NCBI GenBank assembly: GCA_963674745.2
Contig: CAXXDV010000001.1
Span: 1,056,001-1,120,000 of the forward strand
Length of the DNA: 64,000 nt
Reading direction: 5' to 3'
Source of the DNA: Desulfosudaceae bacterium
GTDB taxonomy: Bacteria; Desulfobacterota; Desulfobacteria; Desulfobacterales; Desulfosudaceae
Part shown: positions 19,679 to 29,838 of the stretch, piece by piece
Position numbering within the stretch: position 1 is the stretch's first letter
Layout: each line of letters opens with the position of its first letter
Notes under the pieces: model-generated
What the model saw: the letters and a program-made list of their open reading frames with translations, nothing else
Told to the model about the DNA's origin: nothing
Databases searched by the model: none
Translations under genes and position numbers: made by a program

Positions 19679-21165
19679 ACCTGACCGAATTTCCGCCCAA
19701 AATTAGAGACCACCTTATCCCGAAAGAACGGGGAGAGCTTTTATATCGCTGTGTCGGCTGCCGGGGTACGCACGGCATAGACAGGCTGCTGTATACCTGT
19801 CCGGATTGCGGCCGTGTTTTGATGATCGAAGACGCCCGCTTTGATCAGCTTAAGCAGGTCCCCGGCCCGGATTGGCGGCGGATTTTTGATTTTCGAAAAT
19901 GCCTGAACATTCCCGCCCTAAAAGGGGTTTACCTGTTTCATGAATTCATCGGTCCGGATATGCCCCTTGAGGCCATCGTCTGGCTGGGAGAAGGCAGAAC
20001 ACCAACCATCGAGGCCAGTCCGGCGTTACAGCAAAAAGTCGGGTTCCGCTTTTTTTTCAAGAACGAAGGGCAAAATCCCAGTGCCTCATTCAAAGACAGG
20101 GGTATGGCCAGTGCCTTTTCCCGTATTAACCACCTGATACAAAGCGGCAACCTGGCGGATGTCCTGGCCGTGTGCGCTTCAACCGGTGACACGTCGGCTT
20201 CGGCGGCGCTTTATGCCGCTTATTTAAAGCCCCGGGTCAAATCCGCCGTATTGCTGCCACATAAAAAAGTCACCCCCCAGCAGCTCTCCCAACCCCTTGG
20301 GAACGGGGCTTCGGTCTTTGAAATCCCCGGTGTTTTTGACGACTGCATGCGAGTGGTCGAGGAATTGTCCGAAAACTACAATGTGGCCCTGCTGAACTCG
20401 AAAAACGCCTGGCGCATTCTTGGTCAGGAGTCCTATTCTTATGAAATCGCCCAGGATTTTTCTTATGATATGACCGATAAAGTGGTGGTGGTTCCCATCG
20501 GCAATGCCGGCAATATTACAGCGGTGATGAACGGCTTTTTAAAGTTCTTCCGGACCGGGATTATCACCCATCTTCCCAAAATTATCGGGGTTCAGTCCCG
20601 CCACGCCAACCCGGTGTTCCGCTACTATCAGGAACCGGATCCATCCAAACGGAAATTTGTTCCCGTCAACGTCGAATCCAGCGTGGCACAGGCCGCTATG
20701 ATCGGGAACCCCGTATCCATGCCCCGGGTGATCAATCTGGCCCGACAATATGAAACCGCTGCCGACGGCCCCAGGATTTTCGTGGTTGAGGTGACGGAAC
20801 AGCAGATCATGGACTGGCAACTGACGGCCAACCGGCACGGCAATATCGTTTGCACCCATGGCGGTGAAAGCCTGGCCGGCCTTTTGGCGGCCATCAGGCT
20901 CAACCTGGTCGGCAAAAATGAAACCGCCATACTTGACTCTACCGCTCATGCCCTTAAGTTTTCGGATTTTCAACAGATGTATTTTGACAACCGGTTCCCG
21001 CCTGAATATAATGTCATACCGGATCCGGAGCTAATCAACGCACCGCAACTGATTAATGTTTCGCAACCCACGGACGCACCGGCCAAAGACACGTCCGGAA
21101 AAGAGCACATGGTCCAGGAAACCGCGAATGAGATCGCCCGGCGTTTGCAATTAACGAAAACATAA
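19675..21165 (+). CDS. thrC: Threonine synthase
   Basis: [18 protein letters not shown] (PLP lysine), [19 protein letters not shown]-terminal CxxC...CPxC. Confidence 0.92.
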   Translation: MNLTEFPPKIRDHLIPKERGELLYRCVGCRGTHGIDRLLYTCPDCGRVLMIEDARFDQLKQVPGPDWRRIFDFRKCLNIPALKGVYLFHEFIGPDMPLEAIVWLGEGRTPTIEASPALQQKVGFRFFFKNEGQNPSASFKDRGMASAFSRINHLIQSGNLADVLAVCASTGDTSASAALYAAYLKPRVKSAVLLPHKKVTPQQLSQPLGNGASVFEIPGVFDDCMRVVEELSENYNVALLNSKNAWRILGQESYSYEIAQDFSYDMTDKVVVVPIGNAGNITAVMNGFLKFFRTGIITHLPKIIGVQSRHANPVFRYYQEPDPSKRKFVPVNVESSVAQAAMIGNPVSMPRVINLARQYETAADGPRIFVVEVTEQQIMDWQLTANRHGNIVCTHGGESLAGLLAAIRLNLVGKNETAILDSTAHALKFSDFQQMYFDNRFPPEYNVIPDPELINAPQLINVSQPTDAPAKDTSGKEHMVQETANEIARRLQLTKT

Positions 21166-21174
21166 GGATAAACG

Positions 21175-21942
21175 ATGAAAGCGCATTGCTGGTTATCGAT
21201 TTTTTTAGTTCTGGTTATTGCAGGCTGCGCAACAACCAATCAGAAGAAACACTCCAAAGAAGAAATTTTAAGGGTCCGCACCCTGGCAGAGGCCTATCTG
21301 GCTGAAAAAAAATTGGTTCCCGCCTACCGGGAATTGCTCAGAGCCCGTGACATGGACCCCAAAGACTCCCATGTTTACTATGATCTGGGCATCTTCTACT
21401 ATGAAAAAAACAAGTTTCTCGACGCTATCGACAACTACCAAAAAGCGTTGGAGCTGGAGCCTGATTTTGCCGCGGCAAGGAACAATCTGGGGGTCGTCTA
21501 CATGGAATTAAAGGAGTGGGACAGGGCCATTGAAACCCTGATGCCCATCACCGAAGATTATCTTTACGCCACCCCCCACTATCCGCAATTTTTGATCGGA
21601 CAGGCCTACTACCAGAAAAAGGATTTCCAGCATGCGGCGGAACATTTTAAAGCTTGCCTGGACTTGCAGCCCGACTTTCCTTTTGCCTCGCACTGGCTGG
21701 GAAAAACCTACCTGGCCGCGGGACAGCCGGAAAAAGCGGTCTCTGTTCTGGAAAAAGCCGTTAACCTGACGCCGGCCGCTGTTTTTCAGCTTGACCTGAG
21801 CCGGGCCTATGCCATGACCGGTAACTTTCAGAAAGCCCGGCAGTCGCTCGGAAAGGCCCAGTCCCTGGCAACAGACAGCGCTCTAAAAGAAGAGATCATC
21901 GAAGAACGGCAGAAACTGCAGGAAAAAGCCTGTCAACAGTAA
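21175..21942 (+). CDS. TPR lipoprotein, PilF/PilW/Tgl-like pilotin candidate
   Basis: Lipobox IAGC; TPRs (ARNNLGVVY), LYATPH motif; converges on pil operon. Confidence 0.75.
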   Translation: MKAHCWLSIFLVLVIAGCATTNQKKHSKEEILRVRTLAEAYLAEKKLVPAYRELLRARDMDPKDSHVYYDLGIFYYEKNKFLDAIDNYQKALELEPDFAAARNNLGVVYMELKEWDRAIETLMPITEDYLYATPHYPQFLIGQAYYQKKDFQHAAEHFKACLDLQPDFPFASHWLGKTYLAAGQPEKAVSVLEKAVNLTPAAVFQLDLSRAYAMTGNFQKARQSLGKAQSLATDSALKEEIIEERQKLQEKACQQ

Positions 21943-22070
21943 CACAGGTCCAGTTACGATAACATTCTTAAGCCCGCAATCACATCCCCCTTGCGTTCTA
22001 ACCAGACACATGTTTATCTTCAGCCGCCCAATTATTTCCAAGTTGATTTGAACCCGAGCCCCCCGGTGAA

Positions 22071-22273
22071 GGGCAACCACGGGGGGTTGCCCCTACAGGC
22101 CGTGGAAAACGTTCATGCACAATGTAGGGGCAGGCCCCCGTGCCTGCCCGGCTCTTGGAGAAGGGCAACCACAGGGGGTTGCCCCTACGGGTCGCGGAGA
22201 GCGTTTATGAATAATGTAGGGACGCCCCCCGTGACCGCCCGGTAACTGAGCACCCGCAGAGGGGTTCCCCTAT
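22071..22273. repeat. Cluster of five GTAG-type REP-like palindromes in alternating orientation
   Basis: GGGCAACCACGGGGGGTTGCCCCTAC (22071-22096), GTAGGGGCAGGCCCCCGTGCCTGCCC (22124-22149), GGGCAACCACAGGGGGTTGCCCCTAC (22163-22188), degenerate copies 22216-22240 and 22248-22273. Confidence 0.8.
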
Positions 22274-22488
22274 GTTGTAGCATCCTGCGTTTTGCAGAAG
22301 CGCCCAAATCAACGCTTGAAACATCCGGGTAAGCTCGCCGTCTTAAAACACCGGTCGACATGTCTTCCGCCCAAATATTTTACGGATTGATTTGAGCCTT
22401 TGCCGCCGGTCCTCATACCTAGCTTGACTTGCTACCGGCAACGGATTGAAGACAGACCCGAAAAGCATACGGGCAAGATAACGGGCAT

Positions 22489-22519
22489 AAAAAAAGAGCG
22501 GCCGGAAAACCGGCCGCTC
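22489..22519 (-). terminator. Intrinsic terminator of pil/Ig-lipoprotein operon
   Basis: Minus strand GAGCGGCCGG-TTTT-CCGGCCGCTC followed by T7. Confidence 0.88.
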
Positions 22520-22550
22520 CTGCTTGCGCTTTTATGTCAGCTTATGGCTG

Positions 22551-25500
22551 TTAGGGAGGACAAACACCGACTGTCCAACTGCTTCCCCAGGGAGAATCCG
22601 GCAGGGCAGATTGGTCGCCAGCCAAAAAGTTCGGCCCATAGGGCAATACAGCGATGGTCTCACTTCCGTAGACGACAACAGAAGCCTTGATTTCCACTTT
22701 TGTCCAGGTTGAATATATTTTCTGCTGATAAAAATCAAACTCCGCCACGCCGTTTTCATCGGTTATAACACTGGTGGGAACCGTTCCGGCAGATGATTTT
22801 GGCGGATCCAGAACGCCATTTCCCGAAGCGGGATAACCTACCGCATCTTCACCGGGATCCAGAATTTCATTTTTGTTGGTATCCTCATTTGGATAGTACT
22901 CCACTTCTGGCGCTGACGGGTGCGCCCACAAGTTACCGGTGGAGCACGCCCAGTACAGCGGTCCGTCAGTCGCATCCGTCAAGCCGACGTAGTATCCAAG
23001 CGGCCAGACACTTAAGTTAACCGTGGCCCCGTTGACCGGGTTTCCATTGGAATCCGACACGAGAACCGTCATGGGCTTGCGATAAAGGCTGGCGCTGGCA
23101 GCCTCAAACTCCGTGGGTGCGCCAATGGAAACAGAGCTTGGCGTCCCTCCGATCACCACCCGGATGTTGTCGTCTATGCCGCTATCCAACAGCGTGGCGA
23201 GAACATTGATACCCAGGGAGTCTGAGTTCAACGCACCGGAGTAGAGCGTGGCATAGGCCTTTCCATTGATGTCCGTATAAAGATGCGCCGGGGAAACATA
23301 TTCACCCCCGCCGGTGGTATCTTCCAGGGATATAAAGACCGAAGCGCCACTGACCACTTCATCCCCGGCATTTTTAACCGTAATCGTCAGGTTTGAAATA
23401 TTCTGCACGCCTCCCGCGCTGGTGGGAATAGCCGTCGGGCTGGCCTGAATATCGATCTGCGAGGCTTCGCTGGAAGGCGCCGCCACAGCAACCCTGAGGC
23501 TGTCGTTGATAGCGCTGTTGGTCACGTCTTCAGCCCGCAGCGTGGCGACCCCGGCATTTTCTGTGGTGGCCAGAACGAATTCAACAACGCCAAGCGTTCC
23601 TAAAGCACCAGGCGGATCGGCAAGAAGCACGGACGTCCCGTCTCCGCTTACCGCTGTGGTTGCACCGATCGCGTGTAAAGTCCCCATGGTGGTGGTAATT
23701 TGCACATTGTTCCCATCCGGGCTCTGCACGCCTAAAAAAACCAGGCTTTTGGTCTCGCCGGCAATATAATCAGGGGCCGTGGTGTAATCGCCAGTGACGG
23801 GTGTAGGATCGGGTGGAAGCACCTGCGTGATGGTACCGTTTGCATTGGCAGGGCCCTCGTTTACCAGTATGGCCGAGGGATTAAGCGTTAACTGTAGTAC
23901 CGCTACCGCGTTGAGGAGGTAGTAACCATCGTTGAAGTCGGAACCCGTAACTTCAATAATACCCGGGGTTAGGGTATCCGACCCATCCCCCGAGCCATCA
24001 AAGTCCAGAAATGATGTTATGTCGCCGACGGCATGATCAATTGTTGAACCAACAGCGGTATATGTAAGGTCAGTCACCAATCCGGTCGTCTCGCCGGTGC
24101 TCGGGGTTCCCTCCTGGAATTCAAACGCATCGCCGCTGACCGTAACATCCTGGGAAGCGGTGGCCCCCAGGCCGGTGGCGGTTATTGTAATCGGGGTATT
24201 ATTCCCGGCTTGATCACCGAGAACCGACACCACCAGGGTTCCGGTAACATCAGTTGTTCCGGTAAAGGTAGCCGTTCCACCGAGAGTTGAATTCGGGTCT
24301 CGGAACAGTACCCTCCCGCTCCCGGAGTTGCTGTCCTGTCTAAGCGTTACCTCCGCCAGATAAACGGCCACTCCCCCGGCATCCCTGGCGGTTATCGTCA
24401 TGTCCGTGATGGTAGCCGTCCCAACTTCAAGTGATGTGTTGTTGATTTGCACTGTTAATGTAGAGCCGACCAGCCGCACAGGGATGGTCGCCGTCTCTAA
24501 ATCCGGTGTTGAAGCACTGATCGTCACCACCTGGTTCGTCTTGCCCAGGTCAACATCCGAGCCGGACTTGAACGTTATTTGCGCTTCACCGTTTATATCG
24601 GTAACAACCCGTCTGTCACTGATCAGTCCTGCCGTGGCCTGAAAGGTTATCGGCACGGATTCAATCGGGACCCGGTTCCGGTCCTGGGCAGTGGCCGTAA
24701 TGATGGCATAATCATTATTGTCGGTTTTAACCGTTGTTTGCGTGGTTGAAATGGAAAGGTCATCGACATTGGCCGTCACACTGACGGTCGTTGAATCGGT
24801 GACGCTACCGGCCTTGGCGGTAATGGTCACCTCCCCGTATTTTTCACCGGTAAGCATCGTGGTGGTAGAACCGTTGGTTGTCTGGCCGGTCGCAGGGTAC
24901 AAGGACCCGGCATCCGAGTCCACCGTGAAACTGACAGACGTGCCGTCGGAAACCTGCTGTCCGCCGGTGCCGGTTACTGTGGCGGTAATCATTATTGAAC
25001 CGCCCATGAGCACCGAAGCGGCAGAGGCAGACAGTGAAATGCTTTCCGGATCGACCGAACCCGGCTCCTGAATGGTTATTTCCAAGGTGCCGGTACCGGC
25101 GCCGTAGGTGGCGCCGACCACAACGGTGCCGGCTGATCTGGCCGTAAGCTTGACGGTTGCCACGCCGTTGGTGGTCAAAACGGTTGTTTCATCAAGTTCA
25201 GCCAGCTGGTCATCGGACAAATCAAATTTGATTTCCGTGTCGTCGGCTACCAGGGTGCCGTTACTTTCCATTACCGTGGCTGATATTTCAATTACCTGGC
25301 CGACCAGTATGGTTGTGTCGTCAACCGTAAGTACGATCGTAGGAGCGGTATCCACAATGGTGATGGAAGTGGTGAAAATCGCGCCGCCGGCCTGACAGAT
25401 CAGGTTGGCAATACCCGCAACCTGTCCGGTAATAACAAAGGTGGCTTTTCCGTCGACCGTTTCTTGCGAGGCGGGCGTAATGGTTACCAACCCTTGAGCA

Positions 25501-25748
25501 TCACTCATCGTCACCGAGGTCCCATCGGCTACCTTCATGTCATCGGTGTCTGTAATGTTGGCCGTTATGGTAATCACGCCATTGATGGGAACGATATTGT
25601 TAAACGCTTTAAAAATGATTTGAGCCGGCGGGCCTGGTTCCTTGGCCTCTTCACCGCCGCCACCGCCTTCAGTGCTACAGCCCGTCATCAGCAGCGCGAC
25701 AAAAAGCAACATCATTCCTGTCCATAACCAGCGATTTGTTTTCTTCAT
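22551..25748 (-). CDS. Large lipoprotein with tandem bacterial Ig-like (Big_1/invasin-type) domains
   Basis: Lipobox MTGC + Gly linker; repeated ITA.V.D...V.DGT.V.F...TTNG.A units; C-terminal NEDTNKNEILDPGED Asp-rich motif. Confidence 0.8.
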   Translation of the reverse strand: MKKTNRWLWTGMMLLFVALLMTGCSTEGGGGGEEAKEPGPPAQIIFKAFNNIVPINGVITITANITDTDDMKVADGTSVTMSDAQGLVTITPASQETVDGKATFVITGQVAGIANLICQAGGAIFTTSITIVDTAPTIVLTVDDTTILVGQVIEISATVMESNGTLVADDTEIKFDLSDDQLAELDETTVLTTNGVATVKLTARSAGTVVVGATYGAGTGTLEITIQEPGSVDPESISLSASAASVLMGGSIMITATVTGTGGQQVSDGTSVSFTVDSDAGSLYPATGQTTNGSTTTMLTGEKYGEVTITAKAGSVTDSTTVSVTANVDDLSISTTQTTVKTDNNDYAIITATAQDRNRVPIESVPITFQATAGLISDRRVVTDINGEAQITFKSGSDVDLGKTNQVVTISASTPDLETATIPVRLVGSTLTVQINNTSLEVGTATITDMTITARDAGGVAVYLAEVTLRQDSNSGSGRVLFRDPNSTLGGTATFTGTTDVTGTLVVSVLGDQAGNNTPITITATGLGATASQDVTVSGDAFEFQEGTPSTGETTGLVTDLTYTAVGSTIDHAVGDITSFLDFDGSGDGSDTLTPGIIEVTGSDFNDGYYLLNAVAVLQLTLNPSAILVNEGPANANGTITQVLPPDPTPVTGDYTTAPDYIAGETKSLVFLGVQSPDGNNVQITTTMGTLHAIGATTAVSGDGTSVLLADPPGALGTLGVVEFVLATTENAGVATLRAEDVTNSAINDSLRVAVAAPSSEASQIDIQASPTAIPTSAGGVQNISNLTITVKNAGDEVVSGASVFISLEDTTGGGEYVSPAHLYTDINGKAYATLYSGALNSDSLGINVLATLLDSGIDDNIRVVIGGTPSSVSIGAPTEFEAASASLYRKPMTVLVSDSNGNPVNGATVNLSVWPLGYYVGLTDATDGPLYWACSTGNLWAHPSAPEVEYYPNEDTNKNEILDPGEDAVGYPASGNGVLDPPKSSAGTVPTSVITDENGVAEFDFYQQKIYSTWTKVEIKASVVVYGSETIAVLPYGPNFLAGDQSALPDSPWGSSWTVGVCPP

Positions 25749-25833
25749 AATCCTACTTCCTCTCTCCCCAGGCCTGACCCGGTATTAACTATAAATGCTC
25801 TTAATTTGTTGTTTGCGCATAAATTTTGTTATA

Positions 25834-28824
25834 TTAATCCAGCCGGACAATTGTCGGTGTAATAAATATCAACAGCTCGGTTTTTTCGTTGGTTTTTGTT
25901 TGTTGTTTAAACAAATGGCCTAAAAGCGGCAGTTTATTGATAAAGGGAAGGCCGCTCCAGCTGTCTCTGTCCGTCTCCTGAATAATACCGCCGATGACAA
26001 TCGTATCGCCATCGTTAACCAGCAATTCGGTATCGGCCTCTTTTGTATTTAGGGGGGGTTCCGAAAGCGCGCCGATTTCTCCGACTTCTTTTTCCTCAAT
26101 ATGTATTTTCATGGAAATCCGGTTGTCCGGGGTAACGTGAGGGGTAACCTGCAGTTTGAGAGTGGCGTCTTTGAATTCCGTGTCCGCTTCACCCTCATCA
26201 ACTGTTGTATAAGGAATTTCCTGCCCCTGGGAGATGGTGGCCTGTTTATTGTCCAGCGTTACGATTCTGGGGCTGGAAATAATTCTGACTTCACCGACGG
26301 TTTCCATCAGAGAGAGCCTGGCATCCAGAGAAAAAGGCGTGCCCACGATTCTGGAAAAATTTATCCCTAGTATATTGGTTGCTGACGAGGCCGGATTGTT
26401 CATGGCCACACCGTATGTATATGTTCCGCCGATTTCATGACGATAGGTGCCAGGACTGTTGTCAAATCCCCACTGGGTTCCGAAGTCTCTGGAAAAGTTG
26501 GTACTGGTTTCAACCATGCGGGCATTGATCATAACCTGAGGCGTAACTTTATCTATTTGTGCAATAATTTCCCGTGCCTTATCAACTTTCTCCTGAATAT
26601 CCGTCATAATCAACTGATTGGTCCGGGTATCGACTTTAGCATGACCTCTATCCGGTGTGAGGATATCTTCAACATGAGGCAATATATCCGAAGAGGCATC
26701 CGAATAACTGATGGCAAAATATTCCGTTACCAGCGGCGCCAGTTGTTCTTCGGTTGCCTTCAACTCCTGATCGGCGGCCATGGCCGCTCTGGCGGACTCT
26801 TTCTGCTTGAGAAGCGTCTCCTTGGTTGAAAGTCGAACGATCCCGTTTTGCTCCATCATTCCCAGATCATTCATTTCCAGAATCAAATCCAGCACCTGAT
26901 CCCAGGGAACCGGATTTACAAAACTCAAGGTGACACTTCCGCCCACATCCTTGTCGATTGCGAAGTTCTTACCGCTTACATCTTTTAATATTCTGATCAC
27001 ATTGCGAATATCGGTTTTATAAAACTCAATGGCAATCGGTTCCCCGGTATAAACGGGCTGCCTGCCGCCCAGCTCCGGGGGCAACCCCGTCGCTGCTGAA
27101 TCCGTGCCCGCTACGACAGGTGTTTCTTCTGCCCACTCTTCGGTTTCGGCCATGTCCGGACTGGACGCTGCCGTACCTTCATCCATCGCTGCTTCAGCCA
27201 TCTCCCCGGATGCCGCTTCTTTGGGATCTTCCGCCACGGTTAAAATATCTTCTGTCGGAATGACAACTTTTTGCGCCGGATCAGGTGGAATTGTCGAGGG
27301 TTCAAAATGGACCAGAATCAGGTTGCCGTCCTGCTCCGAAGTATATCCGACATTTTCTCTTAAATTGATGTTAACTACGGAAAACCCCTGCTCTTTCATT
27401 TTCTGGGTCTGCACCGGCAAAATCGAATTTACGGCACTGTCAAAACGGGTCGTAATCAGCGGTCGTTGACGGAAACTGAGTATATCGGCGTTATCAAGCG
27501 TCAACTGAATCTTGTTGGCCTCCCTTTCAACCAGATCAAAGCTGACCGGATGGGTGGTACCGATACGGATGGTTGACCGGCCGCCATCGTCTATAAAGTC
27601 AATCTGGTTAACCAGAGCCGGTCGTCCGTACGATTCTTGTTCGGAGGCGGTATCAGCCGCTGTTTCGGCGATATCGTCCCGGGTTTCATCCATATCGACA
27701 GGGTCGGCATACAAATCTTCTTCCACTGCCCCTTCCGACACGTATTCACCCTCATCCATGGCTGTTTTTACAGGCGTGTCGGGATCCGTATATACAACGT
27801 CATCGGCGGCCGGCTCCGAATAAACATCTTCGTCAGTAGATGTTGTTTCCGGCTGCGCAAATGACGTTTGCGCCGGTGCATCCAGAACCAACCCGGCTGT
27901 ATTGCCGACATAAACCACCAGACCGTCATAAACCGGAACCGCCTTATATTCGGACAGCGCTTCGTGGCTCACGTCCAGCACCACCCGCACATATCCTTTA
28001 TGAATACAATGGCGTACCTGCTGCACCATTTCCGACCCCACAGCCAATCGCTGCTCTTTTTTATAAGGACTTGCCAGTCCGGCCAGATCCAGAACGATCC
28101 GGGGTGGTTTGCTCAATGTAAAACTTTTATATTCTTTAATTGCGCCGTCGGCTTTAATTTTCACGCCCACGCGATCGCCTTCATCCATCACATCCACACT
28201 GTCCAGGATTGTGGCAACGGCCATTGGTTGATCGCTCACATCTTCAACCGGTTGAACGACGTCAACGTCTCCGCCGGTATCCCCTCCGGATTCGATATCT
28301 TCAGACTGGAAACTGCCGGCGTCTACCTGACCGGATGATGTTCTGGGAAAAACCACCATCAGCATCGTATCGTCTTCTCCCCGGTGTGCATCACACTTAA
28401 TCTCCGGGCTCTTGACAGGAATAACAATTTTTGAAGGGCCGCCTTTGACCAGCTCAACAGCTTCAATAACCCCGATAACCTCGTTGTTCACAGGATATTC
28501 TGCTGCCGGCAGACTCAACCCTGAATCCGGGAAATAAAGTACTTTGGCCTGCTGAAGAGGCGGTTCGGCCAGCGTATAATCAACCACATGATTGGCCTGA
28601 ATGGACATAACAATAGCGTCGGCTGTCTCTTCTATACTGATGCCGGTAATCAACTTGTCGCCAGACGGCACTTCCTCTGCCATTGTTGCATCTTTTTGAT
28701 CTCTTGACTGCTTACTGGTATCCGTGGTTGCGCATCCAAGCACAATCATCATTACCGCAAGGATCATACCCAAAGAACAAACAACCGCTCTTGATTTCAT
28801 TTTGTTTACTGATTGTTTTAACAT
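25834..28824 (-). CDS. pilQ: Type IV pilus secretin with AMIN domains
   Basis: YTGEPIAIEF, VPWDQVLDLIL, VDTRTNQLI, PQVMINARMVE, SSPRIVTLDNKQATISQG, LPLLGHLFK; AMIN PPRIVLDL. Confidence 0.95.
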   Translation of the reverse strand: MLKQSVNKMKSRAVVCSLGMILAVMMIVLGCATTDTSKQSRDQKDATMAEEVPSGDKLITGISIEETADAIVMSIQANHVVDYTLAEPPLQQAKVLYFPDSGLSLPAAEYPVNNEVIGVIEAVELVKGGPSKIVIPVKSPEIKCDAHRGEDDTMLMVVFPRTSSGQVDAGSFQSEDIESGGDTGGDVDVVQPVEDVSDQPMAVATILDSVDVMDEGDRVGVKIKADGAIKEYKSFTLSKPPRIVLDLAGLASPYKKEQRLAVGSEMVQQVRHCIHKGYVRVVLDVSHEALSEYKAVPVYDGLVVYVGNTAGLVLDAPAQTSFAQPETTSTDEDVYSEPAADDVVYTDPDTPVKTAMDEGEYVSEGAVEEDLYADPVDMDETRDDIAETAADTASEQESYGRPALVNQIDFIDDGGRSTIRIGTTHPVSFDLVEREANKIQLTLDNADILSFRQRPLITTRFDSAVNSILPVQTQKMKEQGFSVVNINLRENVGYTSEQDGNLILVHFEPSTIPPDPAQKVVIPTEDILTVAEDPKEAASGEMAEAAMDEGTAASSPDMAETEEWAEETPVVAGTDSAATGLPPELGGRQPVYTGEPIAIEFYKTDIRNVIRILKDVSGKNFAIDKDVGGSVTLSFVNPVPWDQVLDLILEMNDLGMMEQNGIVRLSTKETLLKQKESARAAMAADQELKATEEQLAPLVTEYFAISYSDASSDILPHVEDILTPDRGHAKVDTRTNQLIMTDIQEKVDKAREIIAQIDKVTPQVMINARMVETSTNFSRDFGTQWGFDNSPGTYRHEIGGTYTYGVAMNNPASSATNILGINFSRIVGTPFSLDARLSLMETVGEVRIISSPRIVTLDNKQATISQGQEIPYTTVDEGEADTEFKDATLKLQVTPHVTPDNRISMKIHIEEKEVGEIGALSEPPLNTKEADTELLVNDGDTIVIGGIIQETDRDSWSGLPFINKLPLLGHLFKQQTKTNEKTELLIFITPTIVRLD

Positions 28825-28826
28825 AT

Positions 28827-29801
28827 TTACTCTCCAGCCGGTTTCTGAAGTTTTAATACCGTTTGCGATTGTCGCGTTCCGATACTCTCAACAATAACAA
28901 CCCTGTCTGACTCTATTTTTTGCACTGTCCCAGAGTTCAGGCCGACATAAGTACCCATTGTTATCACATACCCTTCACCACTGGCATCCACAACAATGGC
29001 CCGATTTCCACTTTGTGCCTGAATAACCCCTTTTAGGGTCAACTGGCCGATATCTATTTTTTCCAACGGGGTTAAAAACTCCCGTTTATCCCTGAAACTT
29101 GGCAGATCCATCGAGACACCCGTATCTTCTTTTTGAAACAGGGGCGCAAAAGGATTAAAAAATTCATCCTTTTCTGCTTCTTCATCACCTTCGCCTGTTC
29201 CGGTTTCCGTTTCGGCTGTTTCTTTTCCAAGGTCAATTACCGGCGCCGCCTCCGGAGCATCGCCTTCACCGGGCACCAGATCCGTTTCAGACGAAATCTG
29301 TTTTTGCTTTTCAGCAACCAGTTGTTCCACCTGTTTTGTCGCTGCCTCGACTTTAGCTGCGGTTTTGGCTTCTTTCGTGATGGCATCGATTTCAGCCTGT
29401 TTTTCAGGTGAAAGCTGCTTTACAGCATCTTCTCCTGAAGCCGTTCCCTGTGTACCGGCCGGGGCTGCTGGTTTGTTCTGGGCCATCAATGTTGAGGCCG
29501 GCGTGCTCTTTTCCGCAACCGGCTGCTGCAAAACGGTTGCAGGTGGCGTGGGCGTCTTCGCCGGCTCAGACGCCTTGACGGCTTTACCAGGCGTGGGCGC
29601 TTTTTTCTGCTGTGTATCCGGAGTCACGTTTGGTTTCGTTTCTGCACCCGGAATCTTCTGCCGTGCGATTTCCTGTGCCTGCTTGCTTTTTCCTTTATCC
29701 GGGGAGTCGGATTTACCACCACACCCCACCATAAGCAAGCAAATCAGACAGCAGGAAAGAAGTCCTGCGCTGCTTTTATATAACCTGTTCACAATGACCA
29801 T
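28827..29801 (-). CDS. pilP: Type IV pilus assembly lipoprotein with long Pro/Ala/Glu-rich N-terminal linker
   Basis: Lipobox MVGC; NPFAPL, LTPLEKIDIGQLTLKGVI, GTYVGLNSG; between pilO and pilQ. Confidence 0.9.
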   Translation of the reverse strand: MVIVNRLYKSSAGLLSCCLICLLMVGCGGKSDSPDKGKSKQAQEIARQKIPGAETKPNVTPDTQQKKAPTPGKAVKASEPAKTPTPPATVLQQPVAEKSTPASTLMAQNKPAAPAGTQGTASGEDAVKQLSPEKQAEIDAITKEAKTAAKVEAATKQVEQLVAEKQKQISSETDLVPGEGDAPEAAPVIDLGKETAETETGTGEGDEEAEKDEFFNPFAPLFQKEDTGVSMDLPSFRDKREFLTPLEKIDIGQLTLKGVIQAQSGNRAIVVDASGEGYVITMGTYVGLNSGTVQKIESDRVVIVESIGTRQSQTVLKLQKPAGE

Positions 29802-29838
29802 AATTGTTTCTTTTTTGCCTTTTTTGTGGGTTTATTTA

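Noticed and set aside
22071..22273. Possible CRISPR array
   Set aside because: Units alternate orientation, have GTAG ends and decay; no cas genes; fits REP/BIME
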